A stretch of DNA of 64,000 nucleotides from an uncultured Acidobacteriota bacterium (lineage in GTDB: Bacteria; Acidobacteriota; UBA6911). The stretch lies in the NCBI GenBank assembly GCA_963827655.1, contig CAWHCF010000023.1:416001-480000 (forward strand). Direction: 5' to 3'. Shown one piece after another: positions 30,873 to 40,715 of the stretch. The notes under the pieces were generated by a model. It ran no database searches. It was given only the letters and a program-made list of their open reading frames with translations, and was not told the DNA's origin. A program made the position numbers and the translations under genes. The stretch's first letter is position 1. The number at the start of each line of letters is the position of its first letter.

Positions 30873-31946
30873 ATGAAAACAGAAGCCTGGCCCAGGGAGA
30901 GAATTCGGAAGCTCCAGGACCTGCTCCTGGACTGGTACGAGCGGCATCGGCGCGAGCTCCCGTGGCGCAGCCATCCCTCGCCCTATCGCGTCTGGATTTC
31001 CGAGACCATGCTGCAGCAAACCCAGGTCCAAACGGTTCTTCCCTATTATGAACGGTTCCTGCGACGGTTCCCCGATATCAGGACACTGGCCGAAGCGCCG
31101 GAGCAGGACGTGCTGGCCTCCTGGGCGGGTCTCGGATATTACAGCCGGGCCAGAAATCTGCAGCGGGCCGCGCGAGTAATTGTGGGACAGCATGACGGCG
31201 AATTCCCTCGAAAGCTCGAAGACATTCTGAAGTTGCCCGGCGTGGGACGATACACTGCAGGGGCGATTGCTAGCATTGCCTTCAACCGGCCCCAGCCCGT
31301 CGTCGATGGCAACGTGCGGCGCGTCATGAGCCGGCTTCACGGGATCGAGAGCCGGCCGCTCGACAGCTTCTTCTGGGATCAGGCGAAGCGTTGGATCGCG
31401 CCTGGGCGAGCCTCCGATTTCAATCAGGCCCTCATGGAATTGGGCGCGCTGGTTTGCATTCCTTCGCTGCCGCGCTGCCTGATTTGTCCCGTTCAAGCAT
31501 TATGCGAAGCTCGCCGCCGCGGAATTCAAACCCTGATCCCACCCCTGCGCTCAACCCGGGCTCGCGAGGCGATCCGTCTGATGATGCTGGTCCTGGCGCG
31601 GGACGGGAGCGTCCTGCTGGCGCGCCACCGCGATGCCGCCTACATTCCGGGTGAGTGGGGACTGCCTACACGGGCGCTGCGCGCTGACGACATTCCCGAA
31701 CGAGTGGCCAGGCTTCTGGCAAGGACGATTCTGCGCGGCCCGCTTCACCTGGAGGCTTGTCCAGTCGTGCGCCATTCGATCACTTTCCGGCATATCACTA
31801 TTCACGTGTTCCGGGGGGAATTGCCGGCCGGTCCGATGAACGATGGCGAGCAGTTTTGCTGGTCGCCCCGGACCACTCTGGCCCGGAGGCTGACTTCATC
31901 GGCCTTTCGCAAGGTTCTCGACTCCGCCGGTGTCGCCGCGTCCTGA
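30873..31946 (+). CDS. mutY: A/G-specific adenine glycosylase
   Basis: RELPWR, PYRVWISETMLQQTQV, LGYYSRARNL, LPGVGRYTAGAI, VDGNVRRV, Fe-S Cys motif. Confidence 0.95.
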   Translation: MKTEAWPRERIRKLQDLLLDWYERHRRELPWRSHPSPYRVWISETMLQQTQVQTVLPYYERFLRRFPDIRTLAEAPEQDVLASWAGLGYYSRARNLQRAARVIVGQHDGEFPRKLEDILKLPGVGRYTAGAIASIAFNRPQPVVDGNVRRVMSRLHGIESRPLDSFFWDQAKRWIAPGRASDFNQALMELGALVCIPSLPRCLICPVQALCEARRRGIQTLIPPLRSTRAREAIRLMMLVLARDGSVLLARHRDAAYIPGEWGLPTRALRADDIPERVARLLARTILRGPLHLEACPVVRHSITFRHITIHVFRGELPAGPMNDGEQFCWSPRTTLARRLTSSAFRKVLDSAGVAAS

Positions 31947-32015
31947 GACGCCAAGACCCAAAGATCGGGAATTCGATGTATACTCCGGACAGAGACTCGC
32001 ACGAACGGAGGTGTG

Positions 32016-33221
32016 ATGTCATTCAAGAGTGGCCGCCATTTCCTCCAGATCCCGGGACCGACCAATGTGCCCGAGCGCGTGTTGCGCGCGTTGAGCCGAC
32101 CGACCATCGATCATCGGGGACCCGAGTTCGCCCGCTTGACGCTGGAGATTCAGGATGGGCTGAAGCCGGTTTTCAAGACTTCCGCCCCGATTGTCATTTA
32201 CCCGGCTTCCGGAACCGGAGCGTGGGAGGCGGCGCTCGTCAACACGCTGTCGCCCGGCGACAAGGTGTTGTCGTTCGAAACCGGATATTTCGCCACGCTC
32301 TGGCGAGACCTGGCGGTCCGGCTGGGTGTCGAGGTCGAATTTGTTCCAGGAGACTGGAGGCGTGGGGTCGATCCCGCACGGGTCGAGGCCAGGCTGGCAG
32401 AGGATCACCGGCATGAGATAAAGGCCGTCATGGTGGTGCACAACGAGACCTCGACCGGCGTCACCAGCCGGGTTGCCGATCTGCGCCATGCGATCGACCG
32501 AGCCGGCCACCCCACGTTGCTATTGGTCGACACTATCTCCTCGCTGGCGTCGATCGACTACCGGCACGACGAGTGGGGCGTCGACGTGACTATTGCAGGC
32601 TCGCAAAAAGGGCTGATGCTCCCCCCGGGCCTGGGCTTCAACGCCATCAGCCAGAAAGCCCTGGTTCAATCCAAATCTGCTCGGCTGCCGAAAGCCTACT
32701 GGGATTGGGAGCCGATGCTGGCGGCCAACAAAGCCGGGTTCTTTCCATATACTCCGGCGACCAATCTGATTTTCGGCTTGCGCGAGTCGTTGCAGATGCT
32801 GCGGGAAGAAGGACTGGAGAATGTGTTTTCCCGCCATGCCCGGCTCGGCGAGGCAGCGCGCCGCGCGGTGCGCGCGTGGGGCCTGGAAATACTGTGCGCG
32901 AATCCCGACGAGTACAGCAACTCGCTGACGGCCGTTTTGATGCCTTCCGGGCACGATGCCGACGAGCTGCGCGAGCTGATTCTCGATCGATTCAATCTGT
33001 CGCTCGGCAATGGCCTGGGCAAACTGAAAGGGAAAGTGTTCCGCATCGGACATCTCGGCGACTTTAATGATCTGATGCTGGCGGGGACGCTTTCGGGTAT
33101 CGAGCTGGGGCTGGCTCTCGCCGAAGTCCCGTTCAGGAAGGGAGGAGTCGCCGCCGCCCTCGACCTTCTGGTCGGAAGTATTTCCATGACGCGCGTCTCA
33201 GATACCGCGGCGCGGCGTTGA
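32016..33221 (+). CDS. Class V PLP aminotransferase (serine/alanine-glyoxylate aminotransferase-like)
   Basis: GRHFLQIPGPTN, SGTGAWEAA, VHNETSTG, VDTISSL, GSQKGLMLPPG, FRIGHLG. Confidence 0.92.
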   Translation: MSFKSGRHFLQIPGPTNVPERVLRALSRPTIDHRGPEFARLTLEIQDGLKPVFKTSAPIVIYPASGTGAWEAALVNTLSPGDKVLSFETGYFATLWRDLAVRLGVEVEFVPGDWRRGVDPARVEARLAEDHRHEIKAVMVVHNETSTGVTSRVADLRHAIDRAGHPTLLLVDTISSLASIDYRHDEWGVDVTIAGSQKGLMLPPGLGFNAISQKALVQSKSARLPKAYWDWEPMLAANKAGFFPYTPATNLIFGLRESLQMLREEGLENVFSRHARLGEAARRAVRAWGLEILCANPDEYSNSLTAVLMPSGHDADELRELILDRFNLSLGNGLGKLKGKVFRIGHLGDFNDLMLAGTLSGIELGLALAEVPFRKGGVAAALDLLVGSISMTRVSDTAARR

Positions 33222-33238
33222 CTTGGAAGGAGGACAAC

Positions 33239-33544
33239 TTGCCGGAAGAAGACGAACCGAAGAGCGCGTTCGAGATCGCCATGGAGAAACTCAAGGCGAG
33301 CGGCGATTCTTATGCCGCATCACTCACTGACGAGCAAAAGGTCGAGATCGCCGAAATACGAAACCGCTTCCGCGCGAAAGTCGCCGAGATCGAGATCAGG
33401 CACCAGGACGAGATGAAGAAGGCAGTAGCCCAGCGTTCTTTTGAGGAAATCGAGAAACTCAACCAGAAGTTGGCTGCTGAAAAGGCTCGTCTCCATCAGG
33501 AAGAAGAAAGCCTCCTTCAGAAGGCGCGCGCAGCCAGAAAATAG
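33239..33544 (+). CDS. Small conserved hypothetical coiled-coil protein
   Basis: RBS AGGAGG then TTG; KSAFEIAMEKL...LTDEQKVEIAEIR. Confidence 0.65.
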   Translation: MPEEDEPKSAFEIAMEKLKASGDSYAASLTDEQKVEIAEIRNRFRAKVAEIEIRHQDEMKKAVAQRSFEEIEKLNQKLAAEKARLHQEEESLLQKARAARK

Positions 33545-33550
33545 ACAATG

Positions 33551-33625
33551 TTTCTTCGCGTCTTCGCGGTTAGCGCTACAGAACAAATACCACTAAGACG
33601 CCAAGACACGAAAAAACACGAAGAA
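33551..33625. repeat. Dispersed bipartite 9-mer repeat element (related copies at 42551-42625, 54690-54763, 47518-47582, 25630-25668)
   Basis: (CTTCGYGT)n-GGTTAG.GCT.C..AACAAATACCAC-(NAAGACACG)n shared between copies. Confidence 0.85.
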
Positions 33626-33626
33626 C

Positions 33627-33884
33627 TCAGATCGCCAGTTCTCGTTTTTCCTTGAGTCGCTCCCAGGCTTCAAAATCAGCCGGCCGCACCCAGTCCCAAC
33701 CGATGCGCGCCCAATCCGGATCCTGGGGGTCGAGCCCCAACTCTCGAATCGCCCCGTCCACCGTTACGAAAAATTGGCTCGCGTAGGGCAGAAGATACCC
33801 GCCTTCGGAGTCCAGCGAAGCCCGCGCCTCCTCGTAGGTCCTGAACCAGCGATTCAGGAATACATCCATCCGGGATACGTACAT
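33627..33884 (-). CDS. Hypothetical protein
   Basis: 85-aa ORF with protein-like composition (FLNRWF, GGYLLPY, LGLDPQDPDWARIGWDW). Confidence 0.6.
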   Translation of the reverse strand: MYVSRMDVFLNRWFRTYEEARASLDSEGGYLLPYASQFFVTVDGAIRELGLDPQDPDWARIGWDWVRPADFEAWERLKEKRELAI

Positions 33885-33967
33885 GATCGGCCCTTGGTCA
33901 TGCTGAGCTCGTCATTTTTGTTTGGCGAAGCCAGGCTTCGCCTCGGCCCCTCAGGGCAGCGCGGGGG

Positions 33968-35517
33968 CTACTTCGGTTTTGACATACGCTTCTTCAGCAC
34001 CACGAGCACCGAGCGGGTATTTTCGAGGTGGTCCTTCTGCTTTCCGATCTCCAGGTACTTGGTAAGCAACTCCGTGGCGCGTTTGTCGTTCTTCTTGTCG
34101 TAGTAGTGGATCATGCCGAGCTGGTAGTAAGCCTCGGCGTTCTGCGGGTTGAGCTTAAGCACCTTCTCGAAGGCGACCTGCGCCACCTGGGAGTTCCCCT
34201 GGTTCGAGAGCTTCTCCCCCAGGGCGAAGAGCGCCTGTTCGGGGGATTGCGACCCGGTGCCTTTCGGATCCGCAGTACAGCTCGAGTGCTTCCTCGTACC
34301 GTTTTTCGTCCAGGTAATACTGAGCCAGCGCCTTCCGGTAGTCGGCGTTCTCAGGCGCCAACTCCATGGCCCGCTTGAAGGCCTGGATGGCCTTGTCGGG
34401 CTGCTTGAGCTTGGCCTGGGTTCGCGCCAATCTGGAACCAGATGGCGGGCTGATTCTTCTCGGGAATCGTCGGCAGGATTTCCTCGTACTGCTTCAGCGC
34501 GCCCGCGAAGTCCCCCGATTCGAACATTTTGTTGCCTTGCTCCAGGACGCCCTGGGCTTTCATCAGACCCTCGTTCTGTTTGTAGTCGGCGATCTGCTTC
34601 TTTAGATCCTGATAAATCTTCTCCTGCGGCTTGAGCTTGAGGGCCTGATCGGCGGCTTCGATGGCTTCGTCGTACTTTTTGGTGTTGGCCAGAGCGATCG
34701 CCATGTTGTGGTAAAGATCCGCGTCCTTGTCCGACTGAAGCGCCTCTTTGTATTTTACGATGGCATCCTCGAAGCGCTTCTCGGCCAGGGCCTTGTCCCC
34801 CTCGCCGCGAACCTTCAGGTGCGGAATCTTCGCCGCCAGGGCTTCGACCTGCTGGCGGATCTCCTGGTAAGGATTTGGCCCCGTGGCGCCGCCTGTCTGC
34901 GGTATTTCGGCCAGGGCGCCGGCTAGCTCAGCCGTCCGCTTGAGAGCCTGCTCGCCCTCCTGCCACTTCTGCTGCTGAAGATAGGCGATGGCGAGATTGC
35001 GGGTAGTGTCCGGGTTTGACGGATTGATCTCGAGCGAGTCGCGGAGCTGTTTCTCGGCTTCGGCGAATTTGCCGGCCTGAAGCGACGTTGTGCCCTGGGT
35101 CAGCAGGTCGATGGATTTCTGGTGCAGCGCTTCGGATTCAAAATAAAGCTGCTTCTTGACATCACCCGGCTTGAACTGGACCGTGGCCGACTGCTGGGCG
35201 GAGCCTTTGAGAGGAATGAATTCGTGGAGTGCGGGTTCGAAGCCCTCTTTGCGCGCCACCACCCGGTAGACGCCATCCTCGAGCTTGTTGAAGTTGGCTT
35301 TTCCCTTGCCGTCGGACTTTTTTTCGCGCGCCTTTCCGGTGTTAAGGTGTTGCACAAAGACTTGAGCGCCGGCCACGGGACTTCCACCCTGGTCGACGCA
35401 CTGGACGTCGACGGTCGAATCCGCCCAAAGGGGGAAGGCGGCGAGTAAGACCCACAGGGTGACAGCCCCAAGTCTGAAACGGGGGTTGGAATAGTAGTAA
35501 TGATTCATTTCGAACAC
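33968..35517 (-). CDS. Exported TPR-repeat protein with carboxypeptidase-regulatory-like domain; two frameshifts (~34430, ~34260)
   Basis: Three consecutive ORFs (34351-35517, 34155-34430, 33968-34186) all carry TPR consensus; signal peptide and VDQGGSPVAGA domain. Confidence 0.75.
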
Positions 35518-35620
35518 TCCCTGTTTGCTGGTTTCAAGATTAGGAGGTTACTACGAGCGGAAGGGTTTGGTGGAGAAAAATCTCAACAAATACCACCAAG
35601 ACGCGAAGAACCACCAGGAA

Positions 35621-36502
35621 TCAGACCATCGCGACAATGAACAGACGGCGAAACGGGTAGAGTGTGCGTCCGTCACCCCTGACGGGGTAGGCGGCGCGCA
35701 GGCGCCGGGCGTATTCCACAAGAAAGAGCTCTCGCTCATGGTCGTCGAGCCCGTTGAGGATCGGGCGAAGCCCCGTCCCCTTCACCCATTCGAGTACCGG
35801 GTCCTTGCCTTCCAGGACCTGCAAGTACTCGGTTTCCCAGATATCGAGGCTCCTGGTACAACCTGCCAGCAGCTCGTAATACACCTTCGGATCCTCCACC
35901 CATTTTCGGGCCACCGCCTCGCGGAGTTCTGCGGTGCCCAGCGCGTTGCCGCCGGGACCGCCATCGGCTAAGGTCTCCCCCATGAGACGGTGTGAAGGCC
36001 CTTCCCAGCTAAGCGGCATTTGCACCGCCAGACAACCCCCGGCGCGCAAGAACGCGACCAGTCGTGGAAAGAGTGTGGAGTGCCCTTCTACCCAATGAAG
36101 CACAGCGTTTGAGTAGAGAAGATCGGGAGGTTCATCGGGCTGCCAGTGACGGATGTCGGCCTCGATCCAGCGGATCCTGCCGGGCTCCGCCTCGGCTTGC
36201 GCGAGCATCTCCCGCGAATTGTCGAGCCCGTAGACCGTCGCGGAAGGCCAGCGCTCGGCAATGAGACGTGTCACATGCCCCGAGCCACACCCAATGTCGT
36301 AGATCACGGCGGGATCCGCGAGCGGGACCCGGCCGAGGAGCTCGAGGGCCGGGCGCAACCGCTGGTCCGAGAACTTGAGATACTGGTTCGGATCCCAGCG
36401 TGTACCTGCAATCCGCCCGTGGTGAACTGTGCCCTGACATCGTACATCCTCCGCCGTCGCTGTCTGCGCTTTCACGGCAGTAGGCGAGCACGAATCTATC
36501 AT
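35621..36502 (-). CDS. tam: Trans-aconitate 2-methyltransferase-like (true start probably nearer 36424)
   Basis: WDPNQYLKFSDQRLRPALELL, DIGCGSG, SNAVLHWV, LAVQMP, WVKGTGLRP, YPFRRLFIVA. Confidence 0.85.
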   Translation of the reverse strand: MIDSCSPTAVKAQTATAEDVRCQGTVHHGRIAGTRWDPNQYLKFSDQRLRPALELLGRVPLADPAVIYDIGCGSGHVTRLIAERWPSATVYGLDNSREMLAQAEAEPGRIRWIEADIRHWQPDEPPDLLYSNAVLHWVEGHSTLFPRLVAFLRAGGCLAVQMPLSWEGPSHRLMGETLADGGPGGNALGTAELREAVARKWVEDPKVYYELLAGCTRSLDIWETEYLQVLEGKDPVLEWVKGTGLRPILNGLDDHERELFLVEYARRLRAAYPVRGDGRTLYPFRRLFIVAMV

Positions 36503-36615
36503 CAGGACTCATGAGACGCCAATGCCGCCGGCGAGGACTTTGTGAATATATCGACCGCTCAAAGTACTCGACATATTCGTCGAGACATGGAAGCATGGCT
36601 CCGGAGAAAACCGAG

Positions 36616-37498
36616 ATGCAAACTTTGACAAAGGCTCGACTGCTGGTTGTAGTTTCGGCTGCTTTTTCCGCGCTCTGCTTCGCGCTGCCTGAGCAGAACA
36701 CCCGGAAGATGCCGCATATTGTCTTCGTCATCGGAGACCATGAATATAGCTCGGAGAGCACTCTACCGGCTCTGGCCGAGGAACTGAAAAAACGATATGG
36801 ATTCCAGACCACAGTTCTGAAATCCTTTCCGGATCAAGAACGCGGAGCGCGATATTCCCGGCCTGGAGGCGCTCGCCCGAGCTGATCTGGCTGTCTTCTA
36901 CCTGCGCTGGCGCCAGCTCCCCAGAGAGCAAGTCGCGCACATTCGAGCTTACGTGGATTCCGGCAAGCCGGTGATCGGTTTCCGCACGACCACGCACGCC
37001 TTCAACTATCCCAAGGGGCACGAACTCGAGAAGTGGAATGCCTTCGGGGCCGAGGTCCTGGGCTCGCCTCCCGGATGGGGGAGTGGGCATACGCATTATG
37101 GACACAAGTCAAGCACCGACGTCACGATCCTTCCCGAAGCCGCATCGCACCCGATACTCAAGGGAGTTGACAAAGAGTTCCACGTGCGTTCGTGGCTGTA
37201 TCATGTAGTGCCCAGTTATCCCCCCGCCAGCGCCACCCGGCTGCTAATGGGCAGGTCCGTTAATCCGGAGAAAAAGGATGCCGTGGAGAATCCCGTCGCG
37301 TGGACCTATAAAACTGCGGCCGGCGGCCGCGTCTTCACCACAACGCTGGGCCATCCGGAAGATTTTCGGGTCGAGGCCTTCCAGCGCCTGGTTGTCAATG
37401 CCGTGCACTGGACTTCAGGGCTGCCGGTTCCAGACACCTGGGCGGGCAAGATGAACATCGACGTTCCCTATCGCGGGATGCGCGGCGCGGGGAAATGA
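36616..37498 (+). CDS. ThuA-like (type 1 glutamine amidotransferase-like) exported protein; frameshift near 36840
   Basis: HIVFVIGDHEY, then in the shifted frame IPGLEAL..ADLAVFYLR, GKPVIGFRTTTHAF, HPILKGV, GRVFTTTLGHPEDF. Confidence 0.75.
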
Positions 37499-37537
37499 AA
37501 GAGTTTTTCTGCGTCCTTGGCACGCAGAGACCGGAAG

Positions 37538-38719
37538 CTACGAAACGCCAACAACTCCGCTTCGAACGAATTCTTCAACCTCCGTCCCCTGGTAGCCGTG
37601 CGAGGAGAGGACCTGGCGCGTGTGTTCACCGAGGCGCGGCGCCGGAGCGCGAATCTCTGGCGGCGTGGCGGAAAGCTTGAAGGGGAGGTTGACCTGGAAG
37701 GCTTTGCCCCGCGAAGAGTGCTCGGCTTCGACGATCATCTCCCGGTGGCGGGCTTGTGGTGTGCGAAAAGCCTCTTCCAGGCTCAGAACCGGCTCGACGC
37801 AAGCGTCGGTCTGGCGAAATCGATCGATCCATTCCGATTGTGTGCGGGTCTTCAGGATATCCCGGATCGCGCCCGTCATCGTGTCTTGAGCCTCGCCCTG
37901 TTCGAACTGCCTGGGGATGAAGTCCTCCCGGCCGATCACCCGGCAGAAACGTTCCCAAAACTTGGACTCCAACGCCCCGATGCTCAAGTGGCGGCCATCG
38001 GCGGTTCCATAAATGTTGTAGCAGGCCAGACCGCCGGACAGCGGCAATCGGGCTCCCAGCGGCACTGGATCACCGGCGAATAGCCGCGAAGCGGCCACCG
38101 GCAGGAGCGCCATCCCGACATCCATCATTGATACGTCGACTGATTGTCCCTTTCCGGTCCGGTCGCGGGCCGCCAGCGCCGCAAGAATTCCGATCACCGC
38201 AAACAAAGCGCCCCCGAGATCCGCAACCTGAATCCCCGAAAGAACGGGGGTCCCTGCCGAGTCCGTCTGCAATCCCAGGACGCCCGCCAGCGCGAGATAG
38301 TTCACGTCATGGCCACCGCGGTCGCGCAGCGGACCGTCCTGACCGTACCCGCTGATTGAGCAAAAAATCACTCCTGGTTGGATCAATCGCAGCGCCTGGT
38401 AACCTATTCCCAGCCGATCCATGACGCCAGGACGAAATCCCTCGATAACGACATCGGCGTTTTCCAGAAGCCGGCGGAAGATCGATACCCCCTTTTCGGA
38501 TTTCAAGTTCAGCGCCAGGCTCTGTTTCCCTCGATTGATGGTGTCAAAGGTAGAGCTCTGATTTGTGCGGTGGCGCGGGCTCCAGCGTGTCGGGTCGCCT
38601 GATTGAGGATCCTCGATTTTCAGCACCCGAGCCCCCAGGTCGGCCAGAATCATGGTGGCGTAGGGTCCGGGCAACATCCGGGTCAGATCTAATACCCGAA
38701 CTCCGTCCAGGGCTTTCAT
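37538..38719 (-). CDS. CaiB/BaiF family III CoA-transferase
   Basis: LDGVRVLDLTRMLPGP, NRGKQS, EGFRPGVMDRLG, ISGYGQDGP, GHDVNY, APRLGEHT. Confidence 0.92.
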   Translation of the reverse strand: MKALDGVRVLDLTRMLPGPYATMILADLGARVLKIEDPQSGDPTRWSPRHRTNQSSTFDTINRGKQSLALNLKSEKGVSIFRRLLENADVVIEGFRPGVMDRLGIGYQALRLIQPGVIFCSISGYGQDGPLRDRGGHDVNYLALAGVLGLQTDSAGTPVLSGIQVADLGGALFAVIGILAALAARDRTGKGQSVDVSMMDVGMALLPVAASRLFAGDPVPLGARLPLSGGLACYNIYGTADGRHLSIGALESKFWERFCRVIGREDFIPRQFEQGEAQDTMTGAIRDILKTRTQSEWIDRFRQTDACVEPVLSLEEAFRTPQARHREMIVEAEHSSRGKAFQVNLPFKLSATPPEIRAPAPRLGEHTRQVLSSHGYQGTEVEEFVRSGVVGVS

Positions 38720-38819
38720 AGTGGCTTGGCGCTTTCGCGTTGGATTTGTTTCCGGCCGTCACCGCGAAGCCACCAGGAACCCAGGGAGCTTGCGGCAATC
38801 CCCAATCCGCAATCGAGCG

Positions 38820-39740
38820 CTACTGGCTTGATTCGCCCTTTACCAGGTTGTGTCTGCCCAGGAACTCGCGAATCGTGGCGAAAATCTTCAGGGTTTCGGG
38901 ACGAGAGAATCCGCCGTGTTTTCCACCCGGAATAGTCACAAGTTGATTGGGCACGCCGGCCTTTTCCAAAGCCGCGTGAAGCCGAACGGCGTGCGTGTAG
39001 GGGACCGTGGGATCCGCATCGCCATGGATCGTCAGAATGGGAGGTAAGCCAGAACGCACATATGTCAGTGGAGAAACACGGGCGGCTATTTCGTTGCGGT
39101 TGAGCATGCTTCCCAGCCACGTCACGGCATAGCTCTGCCTGTTGGCGCCCTCGAACAGATCGCCGACATCCGTGATACCGTACCAGTTGACGATGGCCGC
39201 CACCTTGAGATCTTCGTTTCCCGGGCACTGGCGGTCCAGTCCTGCCGAGGCCGGAATCATTCCCGTGGTGAGCGAGAGATGGCCCCCGGCGGAGTGGCCG
39301 GTCACGACCAGCTTGCTGGTATCGAAGTTATACTCTTTGGCGTTACGGATGACCCAGCGCAGGGCGCAGAGACAATCTTCAACCGCGGCCGGCGCCTGTG
39401 AGACTCGAGCCAGCCGATACTCGACATTGACGGCGGCCCAGCCCATTTCGAGATAGGGCAAGAGATTGAGCACAGACCCTTCCTTGCTGCCGCCTACCCA
39501 GCCGCCTCCGTGAATGTAGATCAAAGTCGGGCTGGGCTGCGCCGGGTTGCGCGGCGCATAAACATCGAGCTTGGCTTCCCAGTTGTTTGCGGTCAGATAG
39601 GTAATCCCCGGTACCAGGCGGTACTGGTTCGAAGCGTTGGCAGTCCAGGCCGCAGTCTCTGAAAGCTGAGCCCGGGCCAGTTCCGGCAGCAAGGTCAGAA
39701 TCAGGGCTGCCTGCAAGAAGGTGGACGCATTCTTAACCAT
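38820..39740 (-). CDS. Exported alpha/beta hydrolase (esterase, HSL-like)
   Basis: HGGGW, GHSAGG, HGDADPTVP, GGKHG. Confidence 0.9.
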   Translation of the reverse strand: MVKNASTFLQAALILTLLPELARAQLSETAAWTANASNQYRLVPGITYLTANNWEAKLDVYAPRNPAQPSPTLIYIHGGGWVGGSKEGSVLNLLPYLEMGWAAVNVEYRLARVSQAPAAVEDCLCALRWVIRNAKEYNFDTSKLVVTGHSAGGHLSLTTGMIPASAGLDRQCPGNEDLKVAAIVNWYGITDVGDLFEGANRQSYAVTWLGSMLNRNEIAARVSPLTYVRSGLPPILTIHGDADPTVPYTHAVRLHAALEKAGVPNQLVTIPGGKHGGFSRPETLKIFATIREFLGRHNLVKGESSQ

Positions 39741-39818
39741 GGCTCCTCCGAATTCACGCGCGGCCGGAAAGGCCGCAACCAGATTATGCGAGGTCGCACT
39801 CCAACACTTGCCGCGTGT

Positions 39819-40715
39819 CTATTCTAGCGGGCAGTCCGCAAGCAGGGGAGTCCCTCGCAAGAACAAGATGCTCAGTGTACGGCCCGGGATTTTACCAGCG
39901 CTGGAACAGCGCTCCCTCTTTTTGAACTTTCCTTTCCCATTTTTTGATGGAGTCGATTCTACTGCGAGGCCGCCACCAATCACAGCCTTAAGTTGTTCGG
40001 CAGCGTGACACTGAGAGGAATGCGATCTCCGTTCGCTCGCTAGCGTGTCCGCGGCCATGTGACGGTATCTATGTCTCATCCGGGTAACGATCCAGGCCAG
40101 GAACGCCATCCCCGCGATGAGCAGCCATGGCAAGAACCCCGACGCAGGCGAGGCGGAGGTAACGTTGAAGCTCACTCGTATGCCGCGCTGGAGGTTATCG
40201 CGATGCTGGCCGGTGATCTCGACCGCGCGGCTCGACGGGACGAGCGCGTTCACGAGATACACGCTTCCGTCGGGTCTATGGTTGTTGGTGTACGTGAGCG
40301 AATGCGGGCCGGGCACGCCGGCCGGCACGCTCGCGCGCGCCTCGATTCGAATCGTGCCGGTCCCGCCGCACATCTCCTCGATCGAGGGAAACTGGCTCCG
40401 GGTCAAGGATAACTGTTGCCGCCGGCCGTCCAATTCGAGAACGATGTCTCGCATGAGCTGGTTTGCGTAGGCCTGACCCTCCGCCGCGGAGATCCGACCG
40501 TCGCGGTCCCGGTTCATCAGGGCGGCGATCAGTGGCCCGACTTCGACACCAGGCGTCAGGTCGATGCCGAGCGCCACGCTGTCTCGAGCTATCGAGATGC
40601 GCGTGGCCTGCAGGTATTCATCGAGACGATGGCCCGCCGCAACGCGTGGAAAAACCAATGCCACGAACGCCGCGATCCAGGTCAAGCAGCTTGCTCCCCG
40701 GCGCGTCTTGCTCAC
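39819..40715 (-). CDS. Hypothetical exported/membrane-anchored protein (HRLDEYLQA motif); 3' end uncertain
   Basis: Signal peptide then GHRLDEYLQATRI; one C-terminal TM helix; start overlaps the stop of the DUF3500 gene. Confidence 0.6.
   Translation of the reverse strand: MSKTRRGASCLTWIAAFVALVFPRVAAGHRLDEYLQATRISIARDSVALGIDLTPGVEVGPLIAALMNRDRDGRISAAEGQAYANQLMRDIVLELDGRRQQLSLTRSQFPSIEEMCGGTGTIRIEARASVPAGVPGPHSLTYTNNHRPDGSVYLVNALVPSSRAVEITGQHRDNLQRGIRVSFNVTSASPASGFLPWLLIAGMAFLAWIVTRMRHRYRHMAADTLASERRSHSSQCHAAEQLKAVIGGGLAVESTPSKNGKGKFKKRERCSSAGKIPGRTLSILFLRGTPLLADCPLE

Noticed and set aside
13655-37498. Split genes (SLC13 ~14210, FadN-like ~18468, DinB ~25200-25260, TPR ~34260 and ~34430, ThuA ~36840) as programmed frameshifts or true pseudogenes
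   Set aside because: They are 1-nt indels, some in short G/C runs, in otherwise intact genes, with no slippery heptamer seen. Long-read assembly error is the simplest explanation. The two TGA cases differ because they keep the frame and fall at the catalytic Cys.
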